Assembly: GCA_951406725.2 (NCBI GenBank)
Contig: OX597816.1
Location: 32,736,001 to 32,800,000 of the forward strand
Direction: 5' to 3'
Length of the DNA stretch: 64,000 nucleotides
Origin: Octopus vulgaris
Taxonomy: Eukaryota
Shown: piece after piece, positions 27,743 to 42,320 of the stretch
Position numbering within the stretch: the stretch's first letter is position 1
Layout: each line of letters opens with the position of its first letter
Program-made: the position numbers and the translations under genes
Notes under the pieces: model-generated
Told to the model about the DNA's origin: nothing
Database searches by the model: none
What the model saw: the letters and a program-made list of their open reading frames with translations, nothing else

Positions 27743-27789
27743 TGTATATGTGTGCGTGTGTGTATGTGTGTGTGTTTGTGTCTGTGTTG

Positions 27790-28830
27790 TTTTCATGCGG
27801 TTCATTCTAAGGCCTACTGCTACGCTATTGGTGTCCAATGTTTTCATCATCGTCTATAGCTGATCAATGGTTTCAGCGATGTGCACAATGTCATCTGCAA
27901 ATCAGAGGTTTGTTAGGTGCTCGTCATTGAAATTCCTGATACCTGTCCAGTTTATGGCCTTGATGACCAATTCGATTCAGAGGGGATCGAGTTTTGGTAA
28001 CGTTAAATCTGTTTGCTTAAGCCCTTTCACAATTAGTCCGTTACTGGCCGTGATAGCAGTGTCATCTCTCTAATTTGTTCAGAGTTCACATCACTGCGTA
28101 CTTTAATATATTGCACTCTGATATTTTACCTTGTAGTTCAAGTGATTCAAACGTTACCTTCATCTCAACGCTGTCGAAAGCTTTATCTTAAACAAGAAAA
28201 GCGATACACAGTGGGAGTTTGTATTCGTTCGTTTTTCTATGGGCATATTGGAGTAAACATGTTATTTGTCGTAATATATTTCATAGAAAAAACTTGCCTT
28301 CTCTTTTGGTTGTTAGTCGTCGATGTGGAAATGAAATGGAGTTGGAAATCGAGGAAGTAAACTGATACGTCTACTTAGCGCTTAAAGTCAATACGCACCG
28401 AGAGATGGATGCTAAAGCGGCAGAAAGTATAATTGCAAGATTGAAGGCGTTTAACTAAATAAACCATGGCTAGACAATAACATACGTTCTAGATTCTTCG
28501 TTAATGCTGTCCTACCTACATTCTTATATGCAAGAGAGGACAGAAAATCGATTGGGTTCGAGGCAAGGTGCCATCGAAAGATCCAGTCGATGAATATCAT
28601 TGAGAGAGCATATTGAGAGGTGATAATTTGAGAACGAGTCGGAGTTAACAATGTGAACACGGTGTACCGAAAGCACACAAATTCCACGGCGCCAAATATA
28701 TCACAAGATTCGCGTACACCAGGAGGACACGCGCAGATGTCAATTGGTAACCAAAGGATAGGATCAAGAAGGCTTACACGATTATGGGAAGACGATTTAG
28801 TTGAACAATTTCGGTTAAGAAGGAAGAGAT
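27790..28830. mobile_element. RTE-clade LINE fragment with inverted 5' portion
   Basis: Minus strand 27790-28340: [38 protein letters not shown]. Plus strand from about 28343: EIEEVN*YVYL, NAVLPTFLY, GHAQ..RLWEDDL. Confidence 0.8.
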
Positions 28831-28944
28831 TTGTGCTCTCTAAATTGAAAGGATTGTGTGCCCAGCGATGCATAACAGTATTTCATGATACTTTGATACA
28901 CACACGGACGCAAGAACACACGCACACACACACACGTGTGTGTG

Positions 28945-29042
<98 letters not shown>

Positions 29043-30261
29043 TTTTATGTAATCTGTTATGACGATGTTACTAACATTTTCTGTGAGAAGAATTTTTTTT
29101 TTGTAGTGTGTCATCGCTGTTGTTAAACCTTTTCAAGCATAAGTGTTCTGAAAGAGAAATCTGTTACTTTTGTGATAATGTAGTATTATTTCCTGTTTAT
29201 TTTGAGACCTTTGATTTTTATCATAAGTATTCGTTTAACATTGTTTATTATATGGAATGTTATCTATTTTCGGTTTAATTTCGGATTTGAATTCTTATAA
29301 ACTTTTCTTTTTCATTTCGTAAGTGTACATTTTCATCATGTATTTTGTAAAATGGGAATATTTAAAAATTTCCAAGTTCACATATATCTAGATGTTCACT
29401 CCATGGGACATTACTAAGATTTGAATATCTAATTTGTTGTTTATGGACATTTACACGGCTGGTCAATTTTCTTCCTGTCTCTCCCATTTAGTTTACATTG
29501 CATCTTGGGGATGTGATGCAGTAGATGAAGATTTTGTTTTGCCATTCACTTTTAATTTCTTCACATTCTTGAGTCTTTTATTTGCACCTTGCTCAATTAA
29601 TTCGCACGTCGCACAACGGCGGTCTTCACAGTCAGTTACTTACATCGTCTATTTTTTTCAAATGTGAATCTCGCCGTTGTTTGGAGTCTCTTGAGATCAG
29701 GAGCTTAACTTCAACAGTTGATAATTTGTGATTTTTAAAATTATTCATTGGATATATAGTGATTGATATAGAATTGGGAGGTATCATTTGGCTGAGGGAA
29801 GGAATTTGCTTTTTCTAGGATTAGTGATATTTTGCTTCATTTCCCTGATTGCTGATAACAGTACATCAGTTTCAATGGCCCCTCGTACATCACTCACGCC
29901 CTTCGCTCATAAGCGATGACTAAGTAACCGACGTCTAAGTGACGTTCTTGGGAATGGAGGCAACAACGTTCTTTAGAAGGTAGCTGACTGACTATTTAAG
30001 AGTGTTGACAGCCGAATTTGTAGGTGCAAGAACATATTCCATTGTAAGATATGGGTAAACGGCAAAAAGAAGTTAACAGGGCTGGGGACAGTGTCGTTAT
30101 TGGTGGTAGTGCCAATATATATAGTGCTATTGCCGATATTAACAAGCATTTCCTAAATTTTGTCGTAGGTCGATCAGTCTGTAGGAGTGATCGAATGTTG
30201 ATTTTGGCTTGGTTCGATTGCATATGCAACCAGAGGAGGGATTTTTAAGACAGACATTAAA

Positions 30262-30361
<100 letters not shown>

Positions 30362-31810
30362 AGGTCATAAACGACAGAAAAATAGTTTGATGATATGTTT
30401 GACAATAAAACATTTTCTAATATCACGAGAAAGAAATACGTAGCTTAAAAATATGTAAATAATTTATATTATCATACTTAATAAATAAATTGCTTACATA
30501 TCTGCATTAATTCAAATCCTAAATGTTACTTGCAAGAGTATACAGAATTTAAGAAATCTCTTCGGCTGTAAGTAAGTCCATGATGAATATATTTTCGATT
30601 TAAAGTTATTACGCAAATTAAACATATTTAGATATTATGCAGACGTGTAATTAATTTATTTATCAGTACATGTAATAATCAAAAACATTTATAGCTTTTA
30701 ATTTACGAAACAATTTATCATGATATTATAATTATACTGATTATTATAGAAAAGTTCAGCAAACTATTTCTCTGTCAATTATGAATTCATAGACTACTTA
30801 TTGTTTTCTCCCGTTGTGCACTATATATGTTTTTCTATGGTTTTGTATAGTGATAAATTAAGGAGTTATTATCAGTGCTACTGTATTATTTGAATCTGTA
30901 TGTTGTGAAATCATTTACATTCATACATACATACATACATATACATATATATTTTATATTTCAGTGATATGTTCAAAGGTTACTTTTCTTAGGTGAGTTT
31001 AGAGAGATTTAGCTATTCAATAGCGGGTGGCCATATAAGTGTGTATATGCTTCCTACTTCAATACTAATGAATTAACATTAGACGATTCCTTCTTGATGC
31101 GGCTAAAAGATTGTTCAGTGATGTTTTATATTATTGATTTATTTCACATGATCACAGATTAGTTTTCTTTCGAATAGAATTTGACACAATCAATTGATGA
31201 AATATTAATAAATGGAATAACGCATCGCAAAATTTTCTTAACAACAAAATTGATTACTGTTATACTGTTATTTGTTTAGTTTATCTTTTGATTTTAATGC
31301 GATGCAATTAAATGTATATACATATTTTGATAGTCTAGATATTGCTAAAAATCTAAAATAAGTGAGCATTATGTCAGTGATGATTTTAAACATTTTTTGT
31401 CAGTCCTCTTCCGAAAGCATGTTTAAACAAAGGGAGATTCCTGGGGGTTATGTTCTGGAGCTATAGGTAGTGGTTAGTGCAGTGTATTTAGGGCTGGGCA
31501 TAAAAGGTTTCATAAGAGAGTAGAGACAAATGAGTAAGAAGTGAGAGAATGGAGGATGTATCAAGCTTAGATGAAGGAACACTGTCAAATGTAGAAGCAA
31601 CAGAAATGAGCGAAATGTAAGAAAAGTAGGGAAGAGTGTAGTAAACGTGTGTATGCCAGGTTCTGAAGATTGTATACCAGTGATTATCAGCCCATTCGAC
31701 AAAATATATTTGTGTTTATTCGCAGCACTGTCATAATGACAGTTATATCATACTGAAGTCCTCTCTTGAACCGACAGATTTATTATTTTATTATAAATAT
31801 TTCAACAATA

Positions 31811-31984
31811 GGCGCAGGAGTGGCTGTGTGGTAAGTAGCTTGCTAACCAACCATATTGTTCTAGGTTCACTCCCATTGCGTGGCATCTTGGGCAAGTGTC
31901 TTCTACTATAGCCTCGGGCCGACCAAAGCCTCGTGAGTGGATTTGGTAGACTGAAACTGAAAGAAGCCCGTCGTATATATGTAT

Positions 31985-32070
<86 letters not shown>

Positions 32071-32280
32071 TTTTGTGTCTGTGTTTGTCCCACTAGCATT
32101 GCTGGACAACCGATGCTGGTATGTTAACGTCGCCGTCACTTAGCGGTTCGGCAAAAGAGACCGATAGAATAAGTACTGGGCTTACAAAGAATAAGTCCCG
32201 GGGTCGATTTGCTCGACTGAAGGCGGTGCTCCAGCATGGCCGCAGTCAAATGACTGAAACAAATAAAAGAGTAAAAGAGA
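31811..32280 (+). mobile_element. SINE family A, full length
   Basis: Near-identical to 14852-15339 apart from internal microsatellite length. Confidence 0.93.
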
Positions 32281-33599
32281 GAGAGTAATAAAATCAATCC
32301 ATGGTCCTCGAAGAGTAATTATTTGTACATAAAAGGAAAGCGTTTGATATTGATACATACAATGATAAAGAATATAGGGTGTATATTTGACAATATTATA
32401 TGAAATATACAATGCTAATTCTCGATGTGTTGGTGAGGAAGTTAATGCATTTGCCATAGTTGTATAGTTTTATATCGTTGTCATTATATATTTTGAACCA
32501 TATACTGTATTATTTGTTCAGTGAAACTAGTAGGTCATAAAATTACATAGCTGCTCTGAAAATATTTTATTTGCAGTTTTATCTTTTATTGCACCACGTT
32601 ATTATATTTGCGACTTTATGTAATGTATACTGATGTTTATTGAAAAACAAAAACAATAACAACGTTGCATTGTGTAACTATTTACAATAATGGCATTCAA
32701 AAACATTTATTTGTTGCGTTTTACTTGTTTTATATTGATAATTATAGTAAATGTTTTATTCATGAAAACAAAAATAACAATAATTTATAATATTTGAAAA
32801 TGATTAATTACATTGCTAAAAGAATAATTAGAGTATATAATGAAATTGCATTAACATTCTGAATATATTAAGTGTTATTTCCTCTGGTGAGTCTACGTAT
32901 GCAATAATAAAATGAAACATAGAGAGATCTGAGGTTTTGTAGATGTACCAGACATTATATTGAAATTAGTCAACTAGATTCTACAAATCAGCTATTATTC
33001 TGTGTAAAAACCTTCTATATTAGCAATTTCAATGCACTTGGGAATGTTCATCAGATTACAACAATATGAAATTCTATATGTTCAAAATAAATTTAATCAA
33101 ATATATATTCTCCACTTTTTAGTAAAAGTATAACAATTTATTGCTGGAGCATTTACGAAGACCGCAATATATGTCCTTGTTAATCGCACTCAGATTCCTT
33201 CAGCTGTTTATGAATCTTTCTATTGATATTCTTCGTACATTTCATGAGAGCCAGGATGATGATATTAAATTTAGCTACTATCTCATAATTCACTTTTTAT
33301 TGCCTTCTGCGTAGCTCCGTCGAATCTCAAAACTGTTCATATTCGAAACCTTTCTGTTAGAGTATTCACTACATTGTGTCGTCGAAATGCAACGCAGACA
33401 CAACTGTCATAAGTGTTTGACATATCCGTCCCTGATAAATTTTCATAAGTATGACGCATTATTTCAATATGTCTTGCGAACATGAACGCTTTCTCTAAAT
33501 TTGAATATACATTCGAACAGTTTGTATAACCTAGAGGGTTGGTCACCGCTTTCCTTTTTCTCCATCAATGATATCTACATATACGAGAGTGTGGTAAGG

Positions 33600-34070
33600 A
33601 AAGTGAGACAGGACGTTGGATAGTCACAGGATCAAATACAGCAAACTCAATTTTGATTATCTCAGATCCAGTATGAGAATCTATTAAGTAGAAAAGTATT
33701 TGAGGTAAAACGTATCCAGGAGACCGAAAGAAAACTAAATGAAATATCAAGTATATAGATAACAATCTCAGCGACCTCTAGACTATGATGTTATCACAAT
33801 TCCAAAGCCTCGGATTTTTAAAAGGTGAAATGAAACGTTGTGATCAAACAGTAAAAGAACAATAACATTTTGGAGCACCCAATAAGAAAGCAAGAAATGA
33901 ATACACGGTTCCTGTAAAATATGACAGAAGTAAGAAGCAGGATATGATTATGGAAATATCCTGAAAAACAAATATATAACCAAAGACAGCATTGGTAAAT
34001 ATATTGAGAAAAGCAACATGCTCAGAAATAAATCTCCACAGGCAAGATAATAAAACGTCCAGCAAACCGC
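33600..34070 (+). pseudogene. Possible highly decayed LINE endonuclease C-terminal region
   Basis: Frame-broken fragments resemble the APE-domain end TW...NTANQIDY...KTYPG; the strand is A-rich as in LINE sense strands. Confidence 0.3.
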
Positions 34071-34301
34071 TTAAAGCTAGGTTTATACTATTTACGGTAA
34101 TCAGCGAAAAATATATCCTGTTTATAGTTTGAGATTTAACAATAATTCAATTTGCATAAACGATATGCTATATATTATGAAGCAAATATTGTCTTAAGAA
34201 TAATTGTCAAATAACTAGAAATGTAGAGATATATCAATATATTCCGGAAGAACAAACACAACAGCACACAAACAAATAATAAGCAAGTTTACAAATACAT
34301 T

Positions 34302-34360
<59 letters not shown>

Positions 34361-34603
34361 GTGTGTGTGTATGTCTTTATAAACATATATAGATAGATAT
34401 GCATCGATGTATGCATACATTCGTGTGTCTGATTTTTGTTACATATAAGAACAGATTTCAAGAAAGCCTAATGAATTTTTGAGTAAAAAGATCTAAAAGA
34501 GAAACAGAGAACTAGCAACATAAAAGGGGGAAAGAGATAGGGGCAGAAAGAGCTAAATGTTGTTAATCGGTACTTCTCTATTATATATAGATGCACCAGG
34601 ACG

Positions 34604-34992
<389 letters not shown>

Positions 34993-35004
34993 CATGTATG
35001 TATT

Positions 35005-35035
<31 letters not shown>

Positions 35036-35044
35036 GTATGTGCA

Positions 35045-35230
35045 GGTATATGTTTGTCCCCACAACATCGCTTGCTGGTGTATCTACATCCCCATAACTT
35101 AGCTATACGGCAAATGGTACTCATGGAATAAGTACTAGGCTTCCAAAGAATAAGTATTGCGGTCGACTTGCTTGACTAGTGGTGCTGCTCCAGCATGGCC
35201 GCAGTCAAATGACTGAAACAAGTAAAATGA
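35045..35230 (+). mobile_element. SINE family A 3' half
   Basis: TGTTTGTCCCCACAACATCGCTTG..GAATAAGTACTAGGCTT..GCTCCAGCATGGCCGCAGTCAAATGACTGAAACAAGTAAAA. Confidence 0.85.
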
Positions 35231-35696
35231 TATATATATGCATATATAGTGTTTTATTATTACTACATATGTTTTGTGATTGGGAGATTAACTTAGCCAA
35301 TAAAAAATAGCACAGCGTGTGTACTACAGGCGGTAGTATGATTACACATCAGCTGGTTAACTAATTAACTGATGCATACTTTAAACTGAATTTAGTCAAT
35401 CATTCAGTTGGTAACTCCATTCCCTTCGCCACAGGCTTCGACATTGTCCAAGATGTGAACCCTCTGATCTTCAGTCGCAAAAGGTCGATCAAAGAATTAA
35501 TTAATCAATTACTTAACTGTTAACACATAGTCATTAAAATTATATGAAATGCAATATCACCGTGTGTTTTTATTACCAAATTATCTATTTTACTGTATAT
35601 CTTTCCACACATAATTACCCTCAAGAATCTTAGAAAAACTAACTCTATATATACATATACAAATAGAGTCACACACAAGAATTTATATACACTCCC

Positions 35697-35807
<111 letters not shown>

Positions 35808-35808
35808 C

Positions 35809-35856
<48 letters not shown>

Positions 35857-36796
35857 ATAAACATCTATATCTGAGTGTGTTGGGTTTGTGTATGCGTATA
35901 TATCTACACATGTGCTAATGTGTAGGCCGACACATATATTCATACAGTTATCTATGAATGTGAGAGTGTACTACTCTCTGAAACTCTGTAAGTATATGTG
36001 TATAGCTTTAGATATTTGCATGTATTGTTATGCAAATAAATTGAAATGGAACATTGCTTTCAATCGACTTACGTCTGTAGAAGATTACAATTTAATACAT
36101 GCTTTCACCAGCATACAATTACATCTGCTTATAAGAAACTCAGTCAAACAGATCAACATCCACACTGAACTGGTGTAATATTCGCTTGGTTAGCAACTGT
36201 GTACACATTGTTGTTTGTCGGTTGTATCTTATTGTACCAGCAGAGTCAATCTGAATTGACTAAAGCTCTTTCGTTATTGTTCAAATCTTATTTATTGTAG
36301 TAAAGTATTAGTTAAGAACTTCGAACGTATTTGAATAAACTTGACAAAGAAAACTCGGTGATTGGAGGATGGGAATATTTAGAGTGCATTTGTCTTCCCT
36401 GCAATTCCTACTTTTCTATTACGTTATTCACTGTTTGATCGGATTAGAACGTTATCGTTTTTTATTCTTTATGTTTGTATATTCTTGTTTGGTTTCTAGT
36501 AATGGACTGACAATGGCTTTCAAAAAACCTTCCAGATCAGTTATATCGATTCCCTGTGCTGTCTAGTCAGTGGATGAAGAAGGTGGTCGTCTCACATAAA
36601 ATAATAATTTCATGCGTGATGGTCTAAAGTAAATTTTTGTTTTCTTTTCTGCTTGTGTGTTATACAGAAGGATGTGAATGGTTGTGAACGATACATATAT
36701 TAGGTTTGATGTTCTATTGTGTGTTAATGTCTGATAATGTAACCGTCATCACGCAAGAACTTATTAGGACCTATATTGCCTATGCTCTATGATCTA

Positions 36797-37497
36797 GAGA
36801 ATCTTATCCTGCTAGTCAAGAAAGATATTGAAAATTTTGGGCTGTAACTCAAAGTCAAGAAAACGAAGATCATGCCAACAGCAGCCACAACAAACGTTAT
36901 CATCAAGATCGATAATGAAGAGATCAAAGTGGTTGATGATTTCATCTTCCTTGGCTCCAAAGTTAATCGAGATGGTCACTGCACTCCAGAAATAAGGCGG
37001 CGGATAGTACTAGGCAAGAATAGAGACATCGGCCTCGTTACCTAATGCAGATTGGTGAATGCAATCGTCTTCCCAATAGCAACATATGGATGCGAGAACT
37101 GGACACTAAAGAAAGCTGCCTAGAAGAGAATTAATGCATTCGAGCTTTGGTGTTGGAGAAGACATTTCTGGATTCCATGGACAGCGAGGCTAACCAATGG
37201 AAAAGTTTTTAATCAGATCAAGCCGAAACTGTCGCTAGAAGCTAGGATCACCAAGCATAGATTGACATATTTTGCTCATATTATGCGGTGAAAATCCTTG
37301 GAGAAAGACATCATGCTGGGAAGTTTCAGAGGCAAGAGAGGAAGAGGCCGACCAAGAACCCGCTGGCTTGACACCATCAAGAGTGACACGGGAATGGACA
37401 ATCTAAAAGAAGCGACCAAGGATAGAACTGGCTCGAGGACACTGATACATCGAGTAACCCTGAGTCGATTTCCCCTGAACGGATAGATAGATAGATG

Positions 37498-37574
<77 letters not shown>
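36797..37574 (+). mobile_element. 5'-truncated RTE-BovB-like LINE with (GATA)n tail
   Basis: KKTKIM..IKVVDDFIFLGS..EIRRRIVLG..AIVFPIATYGCENWT..INAFELWCWRR..IPWTAR..LEKDIMLG..KRGRGRPRTRWLDTI, followed immediately by (GATA)n at 37483-37574. Confidence 0.93.
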
Positions 37575-39116
37575 TCTATGCTCTAAATTAATTTCTCAAT
37601 ATATGTGCTAATATTTTATACTGTTCAATTACCACGTTTTCAGCCTTACGTGCCATATCTCCACAGAAATAAAATTTACCTAACAAGATCGTCTTTTAGC
37701 AACGACATATTATATTCTTTCTTGATCCAATATACATGGCAGAAATTTAGTATCAGAAATATTCTTGATAAACATATATCTCAATCATTTATGATGAATT
37801 TTGTTAACTGAAACTAATAATTTCAATTGAATTTAAAGAGTAGTTCAAATACTTGCACCATTTTAGCTTTGATCCCAAAGCGTTACTTATTGGTTGAGTC
37901 TCTGTAATAAAACTTCAGCCTTTTTAAGTTGTATTTTTGTATTTGGTGGGCAAAATATATTTGGCGAGGTTTGTTTCATCTATCGTCCCCGTTGTAATGA
38001 GTTTCATTTCCAAGTCAACTGAATTACAAACATTCCAGCAGATTTCTGACTCAAAGATTAAAATAGCATCTTCATCTGTTTCTCTGAGATATCTGAAAAT
38101 GTGTGTGGGCTGTTTCACTCGTTCTGCAATCAAGGAATAGAAATGATAATCCGATTCCAATATGTCTCTAATTTGTGAATATGTTTGTGGAATATAAATG
38201 TATGAAGAACAAATACGAACTTCATAAGATCTGTTATAAGAACATGAATACATACTTTAAAAATATTAGCAATCGATTGAATACAAATAAAAGAGTATTT
38301 TAAGATAATAAAGTTGCCTTCATTTGCTTAAAGGAAATAATACTGCATTACACACTTTTTCCAAATATACATTTTATTTTATATTTATATATATATACAA
38401 GCCATAGCTGTATATGCTTTATCAGCATAGATGCAAATAAGATGATTCAAGCAGAATATATATATATACACACACACACTCATACATATATATATATATA
38501 TATAAATATACAGACATGTCAACATATATGTGTGTGTGTGCGTGAGAGAGAAACTGTGTGTGTATGTGTATGTATATGTGTCTGTGTGCACTTGTTTGTG
38601 TTTGTGTGTATGTGGTAAACTGTGATGGGTTACTATAATCTAAACCAATTTCGATGTTTAGAACTCAATATAAATAATAGTGAATTTAACTCATTCACTC
38701 AGATGTAAGAATTCGGCACCTCTTAAAATATTATGTGAATGTTAGGCTCCACTTTTAATTCAGACATCTGGACTGTACCCCAACACTGGTTTAGCTTAGC
38801 ATCATATCATATACTGTATAAATGTGCTTCCGTTTCGACGTTGTTTAGATTCTTCAGGGAAGATCTATCATATTGCATGTAATTCATTTGTTTTAATATT
38901 ATATTATTTTCTTAGTGTTTTCCATATTGAGTTACTTGTTAGAGCTACTACGAGTAGCTAATGTTTTATTTCTTTCCTGAAAAAGACATATCTAAATACA
39001 ATAATTTAAATGGTCTGCAATGCCACACGTCTGGTAACGTGGAGTTCTAAACAGGTTTAGATGTTAGGAATTCAGAGTTCTTCCTTTTTGGTTTCTTTTT
39101 TCCTCCTAGATTTCAG

Positions 39117-39297
39117 GATTTATCCTCAACAGTGATGATCATCAAACCTGTAGTCCAATGCACAGCTGCACCAATTTGTATGCCGTTTCGAGGAACCTCA
39201 ATGCTATAAACTATGCGTAACGTTGCGTTTAATCAAACAACACTCCAAATCACTGTGTTTGTTCCTAATTCCGAGCGCTTGTGTACCTGTTCCTCAG
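39117..39297 (+). pseudogene. Candidate frameshifted EGF-like exon
   Basis: Pyrimidine tract plus TTTCAG acceptor; begins (G)FILNSDDHQTC and ends LCTCSS(G)|GTATTT. Phase 1 at both ends, but 181 nt long. Confidence 0.3.
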
Positions 39298-40705
39298 GTA
39301 TTTGTATAAACTTTGTCGACTGTTGTTACGAGCAGCACTTTTACATTTCGCATATTCTTGCTTTGCTCTCAGGCATGAAAACAGAACTAATTCTCCGTAT
39401 TCTCTACATAATACCTTCGTACAAATGAACAAAATTATTCACTAATTTATATGTTGAATGTATAGGGAAGACCCCCACCCACACCATGTATGTGGTATGC
39501 AATTTGTTGTAATCCTTCAATGGTTGGATTTTTATAAGACTCACTTTGGTATAGAGTAAAACCAGTGAAGACACGACTATATCTCACCGCCTACTACATA
39601 TTCTTTATTTTGGCATTACAGCTATAACATTGAGGAAACAGCGCAAGGACAGAACACTGCAATGGTTACAAAAACCCACAAAAAAAAATGATAATAAGAT
39701 GTTATATAATGAAAGTGAAATGGCTGCATGTGTCACTCTTCCATACAGTACCATTTGAACGTTTAAATACACTGTTTATAATCGTTAAAGTTTCCTTTGA
39801 TTTTTTCCATCTCTTTTTTTTTCTGTTTATAATATTTCATAAAAGGTTCGAGATCTTTCGGTTCTACCACTGGTGGCAATTAATTGAATTCCACCGTTAT
39901 TCCTGTCTGATCATTTCCTCTTCCACACATATCTTTCAGCTTGTTATACCTCTCCTTGCCGACCACAATAGCCTCCACGTTCTCTGAATATACATGTGGG
40001 CAGCTTAACCCTTATAATGGACTTAAATGTCATTATTTTCCGTTTAGTTTCTTTATTTTTAGCATATGTCAGAAAATCCATCGATAATTTTTCGCATTTC
40101 TTAATTTTTTCCCTTTCCTGCTCTACTCCTGGTACGTTTCTCTTTTTCCTCCTCCACTCTAAAAAGTCTCTCCATATCACATTCATACTGTTGTTCTCCT
40201 AGATCCTTAGCCTCCACTGGTATAACCAATGTATTTGCTGTTGTCTCTTCCTTCTGCAACTTATATTTGAGCTCCTCTTCAAGATGCTTTCCAATCTTCT
40301 TGTCAATCATCATTTCAACTTTCTCCCTTCTGAATTCATAGACAGAATTTCTTGCCTGACAAAAGCAAGAAATTCTGTCTTCTCTGCAATTCTGAGCTAT
40401 TTTTCATTATTTTTTTCTAAAAATACTCTAGTAAACACGGTTATAGAGCGAGCATACAGATGTAAGCATTGGCAAAAAGATACATTTAGTGCATATAAGT
40501 AGTGTATATCATTATATATAATTTAAACTTTAATTTACTTTATATTTAACATTCACTATTAATATCTCTACTGCTTCTTTTAGCTACCTATGACGTTATA
40601 TCATATAACGTTTTTTTTAAACAATATTAATAGCGTTCTGTCTATCGCTATACAAATCCATTTTTTTTTCTAAAATATCTTATTGACGAGTTTCGTTTTT
40701 TTCAA

Positions 40706-40787
40706 TTTCCTGAGGAGAAGATTGCATTGTTTATACCATTTATTCTTTTGAATAGTATCAGTGGAATTTTCGAAACATGTGTCGAAA
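40706..40787 (+). ncRNA. Type I hammerhead ribozyme, canonical core, long stem II
   Basis: TTTC-CTGAGGA-GAAGATT..ATACCATTTA(TTCTTT)TGAATAGTAT..AATTTTC-GAAAC-ATGT-GTC-GAAA. Predicted cut after 40783. Confidence 0.75.
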
Positions 40788-41207
40788 GTAAAAAATATTT
40801 GATTACACCTGCGTTAACTCCATTTTTTTATTCATATTATTCAAAATATTCAATGTAAACACGAAGTTTCTACCTTTATAAAGAAGGAGTTACAACACTT
40901 TTACTTGTGAGATTTTTGCTGCCCTGGTAACTATTTATTTATTTTTTTGCTGTTAATTGTTAACAAGGTAAAACTACACTCATCTATTTATATATATATA
41001 TATATTAAAATTTTTATATTTTAAAAAGTTTTTACATTTTAACTTTAAATTCAAATGATTTAAATTTGGAATTTTATATTTTATATATTTTGTTTATTGT
41101 ATTAATTAATTTTATTTCTATGTTTTGGTTTATGCTTTTCACTGTTTGATTTGCCTAATAGTGGTTTTATCTCTAATTAAATATATACATATATTCTCCT
41201 GCATGAG

Positions 41208-41253
<46 letters not shown>

Positions 41254-41729
41254 CTCATACAGGAGAGAAAGAAATTTTTCAAAAATAAATTCCTCGCACA
41301 GTAGAACAAGAAGTATTTTTTTAATAAACTCCTCACAAAAGGGAAAAATATTTTTTGAAAAATACTCGCAAATCAGAACCACAAGTTCAATTACCTCCCC
41401 AGTAGAGTGAAGTGTGTAGTTTACAAGCAAAACATTCAATACGTTACAGTCCGAAAAACAACCTCCAGTATTTCTCTCGTAGGGGAAAGCACAGAATTCT
41501 GACGATAGACCTACTAAGAAGGTGACATTCTACAATCAGTTACAAATTCAACAATAAAGCAATCCAATACAGACCACACGACACACTGTAAATAATCGGA
41601 TACTACGTACTCTCATACTTGATTTATAGTGACCAGATTATTCCCTTCGTCACGTGGTAGGTGTTACTAATTATTACTAAGTATTACTTATTATTACTAA
41701 TTATTACTATTATTACTAATTCTCTGCAA

Positions 41730-42320
41730 CACAAATATTAACATTCATCCTAGGTTAAGGAACGTTTGAGAAAATCACGCGATTCTTCTTGAAACGACGT
41801 CAGGTTTGCCTGTGATATGATCGGACTGGTGCATGCCAGCTTTGTTGTGCAGATTATTTATACACCTCTCTCCGAACATGCTAATAACATTGGCTATTTG
41901 GTTAATTTAATCTGTTATTCATCAGCATAAGGTGAACTGGATCAATATTTTTCTCGGTAGTGGCACCAACAGGACATCTAGACCTTCGGTAATGTTTAGG
42001 ATTCTCGTTTATCCTGTTAAATTCAGCGGCCCACTTTTGCACTGTTCATAAAACTGAAGATTCATTCCCTAACGTAGCGACCTTGTCAGTATGAATTTGC
42101 ATCAGGGCTAAATCATTATCCCCAACGTAGTTGATAAAACCATGCTGCCAAATTTTGACCGTTTTCAATTGTTACCAGTTACATTTGAAATATTCTTTGA
42201 ACAGTCAGATGTCATTTTACGTGAAATGAAACAATGAGAAGTGTTGAATTTTTTGCATGCAAAATTTCAGAGTGCTAGCATCACGCCTTCATACACAATT
42301 TAGGAATTTTTCTATCCACC
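41730..42320 (-). mobile_element. mariner transposase remnant (N-terminal part)
   Basis: Minus translation KIWQHGFINY..IHTDKVATLGNESSVL*TVQKWAAEFNR..RSRCPVGATTEKNIDPVH..FLKRSLT*DEC matches the mariner HTH region and the first catalytic TxDE motif. Confidence 0.82.

Noticed and set aside
38827-38862. Minus-strand CTTCC-CTGAAGA..GAAAC-GGAAG hammerhead-like motif
   Set aside because: It has no stem II pairing and no NUH triplet; at best a dead relic.
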